The position numbers and the translations under genes were made by a program. Under the pieces are notes generated by a model that did no database searches, had not been told where the DNA came from, and saw only the letters and a list, made by a program, of their open reading frames with translations. A stretch of DNA of 64,000 nt from Macrostomum lignano (Eukaryota), in assembly GCA_002269645.1 (NCBI GenBank), contig NIVC01000763.1, positions 124,001 through 188,000 on the forward strand, read 5' to 3'. Below are positions 42,812-64,000 of the stretch, one piece after another. Position 1 is the first letter of the stretch. The number at the start of each line of letters is the position of its first letter.

Positions 42812-42861
42812 CAAGGACCACTAGAAGTACCACAGACAGAAGTAACTTCTAGTGATCCTTG
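42812..42861. mobile_element. 50-bp minimal derivative of the same hAT MITE family
   Basis: CAAGGACCACTAGAAGT..ACTTCTAGTGATCCTTG, with flanks TTTTAAGT / TCTTAAGT (7 of 8 match). Confidence 0.7.
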
Positions 42862-42911
42862 TCTTAAGTCTATCAAATTCAAGGATCGTTGCTTTGTGAA
42901 GATTATGACGC

Positions 42912-43282
42912 TTACCTGAAGGGGATTGTGACCCTTACCTGAAGGGGATTGTGACCCTTACCTGAAGGGGATTGTGACCCTTACCTGAAGGGATTGTGAC
43001 CCTTACCTGAATGGGATTGTGACCCTTACCTGAAGGGGATTGTGACCCTTACCTGAATGGGATTATGACCCTTACCTGAAGGGGATTGTGACCCTTACCT
43101 GAAGGGGATTGTGACCCTTAACTGAAGGGGATTGTGACCCTTACCTGAAGGGGATTGTGACCCTTACCTGAATGGGATTGTGACCCTTACCTGAATGGGA
43201 TTGTGACCCTTACCTGAAGGGGATTGTGACCCTTAACTGAATGGGATTGTGACCCTTACCTGAATGGGATTGTGACGCTTAC
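42912..43282. repeat. 23-bp minisatellite (CCCTTACCTGAAGGGGATTGTGA)
   Basis: Direct inspection. Confidence 0.93.
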
Positions 43283-43939
43283 ATGTACATGAATATGATA
43301 TTCGTGACACTTCAGTGAATAAATTATTGAAGCGTGCAGCTCAGAGCCGCCTACTCTTCCAATTGCATCTCATCTCGATCCAGCGATTTCCAAGACTTGA
43401 TAGCAATCTTTAAAAAATCAAATAAACAATGTTATTTAAGCAAACTCATTCTCTGTGTCAACAACTAATCTATTACTTTTTATTCCGTAATTGTAAATAA
43501 ACTGTGCTTAATATTCGGAAACAGAGCAGAAGCAGCAAATGGTTTTACAGGTGTCAACAATCTTTCAAAAAAGTACACGGTCGTAATTATTGTCGAAGTC
43601 TTAGGACACAAAAAAGAACAAAAACAAAACGCGCAAAACTTTTATCATCAATAAAATATCGAAAAACGGGAACTCGAGAAAGGGGAAATAATTATCGCAA
43701 GTAACAAAATAACAATAACGATCCACGCCAACAAAGAGATCACGGTAATAAAAATATAAAACTATCTGAACATTAAAAATTAGAACCATAGGCATTCGCA
43801 TTCAGCTTTACAATTTCGCTGTATCACCAAGTTTCTCCAAAATTTTCTCTTTACGAGATCTGGAATTTCAACTCGTGCGCGCATCTTTCCTACTATTAGT
43901 AGATTAGTTTGGTTGCTTGCCGATTTTTCGGTTTTTTAG

Positions 43940-55414
<11,475 letters not shown>

Positions 55415-56457
55415 TTTTCTCTGTTCTCTTGCAAAACTGGGATGATGTAGACAGTAAGATACGAGAGTTTTAAAATATAATAATTTTAAATCCAAAGAGT
55501 CAAATGCAGATTTTACACTATGGAAACATGCATTAAAACAAAATATTTTTGCATTAATAATTTCTTAAGGACTTTTACTAACTGAAACATCCGAAGCTTA
55601 GAGAAATCTATTTTTAAAGTTAAAAAAACAATTTTTTAAATATTTTTGCAACTTTCTGCGAAAAAGTCCAAATTAGGTCTTCAGAACTTGAGATAAAAAT
55701 TAACTTTGCCAAAATAACGGATTTAAAAAATATATTTTCTACAAGCTCGTTTTTATCGCTTTTAGATGAGGCATGAAATCACACGATTGGTGTACAAAGT
55801 GTCTAAAAAGATTTTAAAAACTTGCAATCACCCAAAACGGGCTTCACTTCGATGTGGATGTGTCCGAGTTGTATTGTAACAGAACTCTACTCATACCTAC
55901 TCATATTGCCATTTTAAGTAGCCGTTAGGGCCTAACCGAACCGCATATGCACTAATGCATCTAGTGCCTACACCAATAATTTGCTTACTATTTCATTACA
56001 TTAAGGAGCTATTGTCATAGAATAGGTAAAGCTACTAATAAAGTAGGATAAGAGTCCTTTCAAGTTTCAGCAAAGGGCAGATTAGCGGATTAGCCAAGGT
56101 ACCTATGCCATGCCCTAATGTTGCTAAATGCCAAGTCCATTTGACCATCAAAAGGCCTACCCTTAACCATTCCATTGCTAGCTTGCAGTTTCTAGACAAA
56201 GACAACTTATAATACTAATAAGGCATAGGCCTATGTCTATGACTGAGGTTTAGGCCTATATTGAGATTTCGTCATAGACATCCTAGGGCCTATACTAATA
56301 AAATTTAATACTTTTGCTTGTGACTATTGGCAATGAATAAATTGCAATAAAAATTATTACCTAAATTTATTATTGATCTATACTTATAAAAGTTATATTT
56401 GAATTGTGTAAGTTAGTAATATTATTATTAAGATTTTGGTCTAGCCTTTTTAGGATC

Positions 56458-56956
56458 CCAGGATGGAATTCTTGTATTTCTTAAGTCACATTGAATTATG
56501 CAATTTTTTATGGCATGCAAAATATTTTTTATTGGTCGCATTTTTTATTTTGATACTTAGCATGTCGCAAAATGGTAAAAACAAGTAAAAACAAAAAAGT
56601 AATCAATAAAACAATAACAAAAAATGCATTCTAAGAAAATGTAGTGATTTGAATTTTTGTCCAAATACATATGTTAGAGAAGGTTACGAGTTTCTACTTT
56701 TTATAGAATTTTTTCAAATTTTTACTTTTGTGCCTTATTTAGTTTTTACTTTTTATTCTTTTTTTCTTTGTGATCTTAGCTAGTAGGATTATCTTTTGCA
56801 AAATCCAATATCTCAAGCACACTTTTGCATATATTAAGAATTAGCAATTTTGTCTAAAATCCTGCGACACATTTTTTCTAGATTTTTTGATGCAAAATTG
56901 CATTTTTTGCGCAATTGCACAACGCGTTGTGATTTTCTGCAAGAATTCTATCCAGG
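56458..56956. mobile_element. AT-rich MITE (499 bp) with CCWGG termini and 8-bp target duplication
   Basis: CCAGGATGGAATTCTTG / CAAGAATTCTATCCAGG (15 of 17 inverted match), with TTAGGATC at both 56450-56457 and 56957-56964. Confidence 0.75.
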
Positions 56957-57314
56957 TTAGGATCTAGGGATCAAAATATATATAGATGTTTTAGAAAAGA
57001 TAGCAATAATAAAGGGATAGCATAAGAAAACATTAAGATAGTCATTAGCTAGGTATGTGCAATCTTTTAAAATTTTATCATTAACTATTTTTATTTCATT
57101 TGACAAAAAATTTAACTTAGTTTTGATTTACTTAAAAATGATATTTAAAATTTTTTAATTGATAAAAAATGTCATAAGAAGTCTTTAATTCTATAACCTA
57201 ACCTTGGTCTATGACACTTTATGATAGCTAGATTGGCTAGGTTAGCTGGCAGTTATGAATGTATGGCTATTAGTAGATGTCTAAAAATAGATGTCTAATT
57301 CCCTGAATTCCCTT

Positions 57315-57595
57315 AATAACAAAAATCAAAAATATTTTTATACCTGCCCTAATTAGGCCAGATCTGCAATTAATGGCTGTATATAGTGGTTCAGTCCAAA
57401 GACTGGGAGGGAAAGATTGCCATATATACCCTTTAATTTAACTTAGCTAATGCTAGTACCCATTTTACAGCAAGGTGAATTAAAGCAATGCAGAATTAAG
57501 TCTCTTGCTCAAGGACACAAATTGTTCTAATGGGATCACAAATTGAACCTCCCAACCTTCAAGTCATGAGTCTAGCACTCTAAACACTAGTCTAC
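57315..57595 (-). mobile_element. Second, more diverged copy of the same SINE family
   Basis: The reverse complement reads GAACAATTTGTGTCCTTGAGCAAGAGACTTAATTCTGCATTGCT..GGACTGAAC..AGGGCAGGT, colinear with 9265-9566. Confidence 0.72.
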
Positions 57596-57995
57596 AACCC
57601 CCTTGTTAAGTCACCTAACAAGCAATCAAAAATAATTGAAAGGATAAGCATACTTTATACCAAAAGCAAATATTTGATGTTTGTTCTTTTCAAAAAGGCA
57701 TTGAAACCTGTAAAAAAGTTAAAAATAATAATAGGTTTATTGTTAAATCCCTAAAAACAGCTCACTATGATAACTTATTGTGCTTCCATTAGATTTACTA
57801 ATTAGCTGGCGAGTCAATAAGCTACTGAGTTAAGGCCATAGTTACTCCCATTCTCTACCTCATGATGGAAAACATTTTTTTTGAAAAATCAACTCATGCC
57901 CAAGCTCCACTTGTTGGAGGCAGCTGTCATCCGGGCAATAGCAGCGGCAGGAAGCACTAAAAGCGCAAGAAGAAATCAGCTGACTCGAGAAGCAA

Positions 57996-60900
57996 ATGGA
58001 GCTTCGAGTTGGCAACAAGTACAGGTTGGGGAGAAAGATCGGCAGCGGCTCATTCGGCGACATCTACCTTGGCACGGATGTCACCAATGGCGAGGAGGTG
58101 GCCATCAAGCTGGAGTGCGTGCGCACCAAGCACCCGCAGCTGCACATTGAGAGCAAAATTTACCGCATGTTGCAGGGCGGTATTGGGGTGCCAGTTGTTA
58201 AATGGTGCGGCACGGAGGGCGACTATAATGTGATGGTGCTGGAACTGCTGGGGCCCAGTCTCGAAGATTTGTTCAATTTTTGCGGTCGAAAATTCAAGCT
58301 GAAAACTGTGCTACTGTTGGCTGACCAGCTGCTGAACCGTATTGAGTTCATTCACAGCAAGAACTTCATTCACAGGTCTGGCAGTTGTTTCCTTAGAACT
58401 TAGAATAGTCCCTGGATTTCATAACATTCCCTGGATTCCATTACATTCCCTGAATTCCATCACATTCCCTGAATTCCATTGCATTCCCTGAATTCCATAA
58501 CATTACCTGAGTTCACTTATCACATTCCCTAAGCTCCATCATCACATTCCCTGAATTCCATTACATTCCCTAAAATCCATCACATTCCCTGAATTCCATC
58601 ACATTCCCTGAATTCCATTGCATTTCCTGAATTCTATCACATTCGCTGAACTCCATTACATTCCCTGAATTCCATCATCACATTTCCTGAATTCCTTTAC
58701 ATTCCCTAAAATCCATCACATTCCCTGAATTCCATCACATTCCCTGAATTCCATCACATTCCCTGAATTTCATTGCATTTTCTGAATTCCATCATCACAT
58801 TCCCTGAACTCCATTACATTCCCTGAATTCCATCATCACATTGCCTGAATTCCATCACATTCCCTGAATTCCATCATCACATTCCCTGAATTCCATCACA
58901 TACCCTGAATTCCATCATCACATTCCCTGAATTCCATCACATACCCTGAATTCCATCATCACATTCCCTGAATTCCATCACATACCCTGAATTCCATCAC
59001 ATTTCCTGGGTTCCATCACTTTCCCTAAATTTATTTACATTCCCTGAATTCTTATCACATTATCTGTATTTTTATCACATTTCCTTTATTCTCATCACAT
59101 TCTCCTATCTCCTTCATTTTATCACATCCCACTACATTCACCTCTTAGATTTTCAACTCGTAGATTTCAATACGAAAGCAGGTGGTACGAGCGTGTATTC
59201 AAAGTCTATCCGACAGTTGAATGCCTGTAATTTTCACCAGTGCATTTGTATCATTTCAGAGATGTGAAGCCCGACAACTTCTTGATGGGCCTTGGCAAGA
59301 AGGGCAACTTGGTCTACATGATCGACTTTGGTCTGGCCAAGAAGTACAGGGACTCCAAGACTCACCAGCACATACCGTACAGGGAGAATAAGAACCTCAC
59401 CGGTACAGCCAGATATGCCAGCGTTAACACGCACCTCGGCATTGGTGAGTCTGCTTTCGTATTGTAACTCTTGGCTCCTGCATCACACTGCTTTATTCTC
59501 ATCTCTGGGCAGCTCATCTCTCCCTCATCCCCATCTCTCCCTCATCCCCATCTCTCCCTCATCCCCATCTCTCCCTCATCCCCATCTCTCCCTCATCCCC
59601 ATCTCTCCCTCATCCCCATCTCTCCCTCATCCCCATCTCTCCCTCATCCCCATCTCTCCCTCATCCCCATCTCTCCCTCATCCCCATCTCTCCCTCATCC
59701 CCATCTCTCCCTCATCCCCATCTCTCCCTCATCCCCATCTCTCTCTCATCCCCATCTCTCTCTCATCCCCATCTCTCTCTCATCCCCATCTCTCCCTCAT
59801 CCCCATCTCTCTCTCATCCCCATCTCTCTCTCATCCCCATCTCTCTCTCTCATCCCCATCTCTCTCTCATCCCCATCTCTCTCTCATCCCCATCTCTCTC
59901 TCATCCCCATCTCTCTCTCATCCCCATCTCTCCCTCATCCCCATCTCTCCCTCATCCCCATCTCTCCCTCATCCCCATCTCTCTCTCATCCCCATCTCTC
60001 CCTCATCCCCATCTCTCCCTCATTCCCATCTCTCTCTCATCCCCATCTCTCCCTCATCCCCATCTCTCTCTCATCCCCATCTCTCCCTCATCCCCATCTC
60101 TTTCATTCTTATCTCTCCCTTATCCCCATCTCTCCCTCATCCCCATCTCTCCCTCATCCCCATCTCTCCCTCATCCCCATCTCTCTCTCATCCCTATCTC
60201 TCTCTCATCCCTATCTCTCTCTCTCTCTCATGCCCATCTCTCTCTCTCATCCCCATCTCTCCCCCATCCCCATCTCTCCCTCATCCCCATCTCTCCCTCA
60301 TCCCCATCTCTCCCTCATCCCCATCTCTCTCTCATCCCCATCTCTCCCTCATCCCCATCTCTCCCTCATCCCCATCTCTCTCTCATCCCCATCTCTCCCT
60401 CATCCCCATCTCTCCCTCATCCCCATCTCTCCCTCATCCCCATCTCTCTCTCATCCCCATCTCTCCCTCATCCCCATCTCTCTCTCATCCCTATCTCTCT
60501 CTCATCCCTATCTCTCTCTCTCTCATGCCCATCTCTCTCTCTCATCCCCATCTCTCCCCCATCCCCATCTCTTCTCATTCCCATCTCTCCCTTATCTCCC
60601 TCATCCCCATTTTTATCTCATTCCCATCTTATCCTTATTCCTATCTCTCCCTGATCCCCATCTTTTCCTCAGCATCATCTACACCTCACCCCATCTCCCT
60701 CTTCCTCATATCCCCACCCCCATCTCTTTCTCAGCCCTATCTCCCTCATTCCCATCCTCTCATCCCCATCTCCCTCATCATCTTCATCCCTAATTCCCCT
60801 CATCCCCATCCCATTTATCCCCATCTCCCCTGAGTCCCCATTGGCCTCAAATTTGCCTTCTCGACGGCAGTAGGTAAAACTGCAAACTTGCATGCATGCT

Positions 60901-61869
60901 GTTAATCCCATTTATCCCCGCAACTCCGCAGAGCAAGCCCGCCGAGACGACATGGAATCCCTAGGCTACGTGTTCATGTACTTCCTGCGCGGCACCCTGC
61001 CCTGGCAAGGCCTGAAGGCGGCCACCAAGCGGCAGAAGTACGAGCGGATCAGCGAGAAAAAAATGCAAACCCCAGTTGAAGCCCTGTGCCAGGGCTACCC
61101 TGGCGAGTTCGCCACCTACCTCACCTTCTGCAGATCGCTGCGGTTCGATGATAAGCCCGACTATAGCTACCTGAGACAGCTGTTCAGGAACCTGTTCCAC
61201 AGGGAGGGCTTCACCTACGACTATGTGTTTGACTGGAATATGCTCAAGTTTGGCCAGACGGCAGCTCAGCCTGCTATTGGTTAGCTTAGTTATTGATTGT
61301 CTTCGTACTCTCACGGCTGTCTCACCCCTCCCCAGCTTTGTCTCACCCCTCCCCAGCTTTGTCTCACCCCTCCCCAGCTGTGTCTCACCCCTCCCAGCTG
61401 TGTCTCACCCCTCCCAAGCTTTGTCTCACCCCTCCCCAGCTGTGTCTCACCCCTCCCAAGCTTTGTCTCACCCCTCCCCAGCTGTCTCACCCCTCCCCAG
61501 CTGTCTCCTCCCTCCCCCCCATCTGTCTCAACCCACCCCAGCGGTGTCTCACCCCATCTCCCAACCGGATCCTGCGTTACTTCAGCTGCAGCAAAGAATC
61601 GCGCAGGCGGTCACGACCATCAGCAGCAACAGCAGCAGCAGATGCTGGCTCTGCACCATCGGAATGGCGCCGGCGCCGCTGGCGGCGCCGTAGCGTCAAC
61701 CTCTGGCGCTGGAATGACCTCTGGCGGCGGCGGCCCAATAATTGTAAGCAGCAGCCGGGGCCGTCTGCCGCCCCAGCAGGTCGCCATGGACCACTTTCAC
61801 AACAGTCGGACGAGCGGGATCGCCGGCCGGCCTTTGCCGCCCAATCCGAAAGCAACAGTGCAGAAGTGA
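57996..61869 (+). CDS. CSNK1E: Casein kinase I epsilon/delta (doubletime-like); exons 57996-58375, 59260-59444, 60932-61279, 61586-61869
   Basis: N-terminus [26 protein letters not shown], then [25 protein letters not shown] and [10 protein letters not shown], with a low-complexity Q/G-rich tail. Introns are GT..AG with phases 2,1,1. Confidence 0.96.
58412..59100. repeat. About 20-bp minisatellite (CACATTCCCTGAATTCCAT), CK1 intron 1
   Basis: Direct inspection. Confidence 0.9.
59512..60830. repeat. 17-bp pyrimidine-rich minisatellite (CCCCATCTCTCCCTCAT), CK1 intron 2
   Basis: Direct inspection. Confidence 0.95.
61312..61560. repeat. About 21-bp minisatellite (GCTGTGTCTCACCCCTCCCCA), CK1 intron 3
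   Basis: Direct inspection. Confidence 0.93.
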
Positions 61870-62971
61870 GCGCAGCCTTCCCCAGTCATCATGGCCGCCT
61901 GTGCCGAATCCCCAGAGTATTTGAATGGCTCGCGGGCTGTGCTTCCCATTTAGAAGCTTGCAGGTTTCTTTCTTTTTTAATAATTCGCAGTTTCTTTCTT
62001 TTCTTTCAAAAGATTTACAAATGTACTTTTGGTGTATACGAGTTCACAGGGTAAAAACTGACATTGGCTAAATGTACTTTTACAGTGTACATCGGCCAAA
62101 TGCACTCTTAAAAAGTACATCCGGCAAAATGTACTCTTATAAAGTACCTCACCGAATGTACTTTTGTTGTGTACACTATGAAAAGACTTTGAAGAAGGTG
62201 ATTTTGTCACGTATATTTTAAGTGTTCTTCAGATTGCAATTAATATCAGTTAATGAAGTTATTTAGAAAATTAGCCAGTCATCAATATCTGGATTAGTTT
62301 CAGTTTCAAGCAATTTTCAAGCCCTTTCTCGCCCGAACCGGAAGTGAAGTGTATAACTTGGCGTGCGCGATCTCAGTCATGCAAGTCTTTGTACGATTTT
62401 TTTGCCTAGCCTAATATCTGTTAACTATAGTATTTTTGTCAGCAGTGATGAATGAAATAAATGCCCTTGCTTTTAGTTACCCCCCCTCCCCCTGGTTTCA
62501 AACTCAGAATTGCGTCCCGTTATTGTATATTATGTTTGCATGATTTTTTTTCACTACTCACTACTCACAGTAGACTGACACGGCCGTAATCGCTTGTAGA
62601 TTTATAATCTTATCCGTATTTAACTGCCGTGTTAGCCTCCTGACTCATGTCCGTCTGCTAGTAGGTGTTTGACGCCTCAGCTTTTTGTGTGTTTTTGTTT
62701 CATATTTAAATATTTAAATATTGACGTTTGCGTTATATATATGCGTGTATAGTGTCAACGTTGAAATACATTTTTGTAATTACCGCGTCAGTCTAGCGTT
62801 ATAATATATTCGTGTACTTTTATGCGTGTGCGCTTCTCTGTAGATGCCTAGTTAACCGCGCGCTTGCCCTTTGAGTTGCGTAGCTTTACAGAACTGACTG
62901 AAAATATTGCCGCACTACTCATGCCGCACTACTCACGCCTCATCTCTGCCTCCACTTTGTCATGTACCTTC

Positions 62972-63835
62972 TGTGTCTCACCCCTCCCAAGCTGTGTCTC
63001 ACGCCCCCCTAGCTGTGTCTCACCCCTCCCAAGCTTTGTCTCACCCCTCCCCAGCTGTGTCTCACCCCTCCCCAGCTGTGTCTCACCCCTCCCCAGCTGT
63101 GTCTCACCCCTCCCAAGCTTTGTCTCACGCCTCCCCAGCTGTGTCTCACCCCTCCCCAGCTGTGTCTCCCCCCTCCCCAGCTGTGTCTCACCCCTCCCCA
63201 GCTGTGTCTCACCCCTCCCCAGCTGTGTCTCACCCCTCCCAAGCTGTGTCTCACGCCTCCCCAGCTGTGTCTCACCCCTCCCCAGCTGTGTCTCACGCCT
63301 CCCCAGCTGTGTCTCACCCCTCCCCAGCTGTGTCTCACCCCTCCCCAGCTGTGTCTCACCCCTCCCAAGCTGTGTCTCACGCCTCCCCAGCTGTGTCTCA
63401 CCCCTCCCCAGCTGTGTCTCACCCCTCCCAAGCTGTGTCTCACGCCTCCCCAGCTGTGTCTCACCCCTCCCCAGCTGTGTCTCACCCCTCCCCAGCTGTG
63501 TCTCACCCCTCCCCAGCTGTGTCTCACCCCTCCCCAGCTGTGTCTCACCCCTCCCTAACTGTGTCTCACCTCTCCCCAGCTGTCTCACCCCTCCCCAGCT
63601 GTCTCACCCCTCCCCAGCTGTCTCACCCCTCCCCAGCTGTGTCTCACCCCTCCCTAACTGTGTCTCACCCCTACCCAACTGTATCTTACCTCTCCCTAAC
63701 TGTGTCTCACCCCTTCACAACTGTGTCTCACTGTCTGTCCTCAGCTGTCTCCCACCCCACTCTTAGCTGTCTCATGCCTCTCTCAGCTGTCTCACCCCTC
63801 CTCCAGCTGTCTCACCCCTCCCTCAACTGTCTTAC
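62972..63835. repeat. Same 21-bp minisatellite, larger array downstream of CK1
   Basis: Same unit and orientation as 61312-61560. Confidence 0.94.
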
Positions 63836-64000
63836 CCTTTGTTCGCACGATTTTTTCCCTAGCTAGCGGTTAATTTCAGCTTTTAGGGATCGAGTTTTTC
63901 TGTAACGTTTTCTGTAGCGGCGCCTCTGGTCTGCGCTCTTCAAGTTCACCTGTATTTTGCGTCAGTTTTTGTCACCCAGATCACGTTTGCCGATCTCCGA

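Noticed and set aside
60932-60960. CK1 EQARRDD instead of the usual EQSRRDD
   Set aside because: It is a single conservative change outside the catalytic motifs, with no evidence of functional consequence.

Overview
Eukaryotic (animal) genomic DNA with GC-rich, Ala-rich exons and introns packed with micro- and minisatellites. This style suggests a free-living flatworm such as Macrostomum; that is inference, not shown by the sequence. I reconstructed seven spliced protein-coding genes by hand using GT/AG sites and phase matching: GFPT (5'-incomplete, +), an ankyrin-repeat protein carrying a TRPM-type channel core (-), an ACP6-like histidine acid phosphatase (+), a sideroflexin (+), an orphan class A GPCR with a large N-terminal ectodomain (+), CFAP52/WDR16 (-) and casein kinase I epsilon/delta (+). 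A full-length, apparently intact APE-RT-RNaseH non-LTR retrotransposon (LOA-like) sits inside a minisatellite in a CFAP52 intron. There are also two CORE-type tRNA-derived SINEs, several MITEs (two with perfect 8-bp target duplications), a foldback-like element, a pri-miRNA-like intronic hairpin and a 280-bp local duplication embedded in a GACT microsatellite. Most long ORFs in the supplied track are artefacts of tandem repeats. No CRISPR, rRNA or tRNA genes were found. Repeat boundaries are approximate, and all homology calls come from remembered motifs, not database searches.
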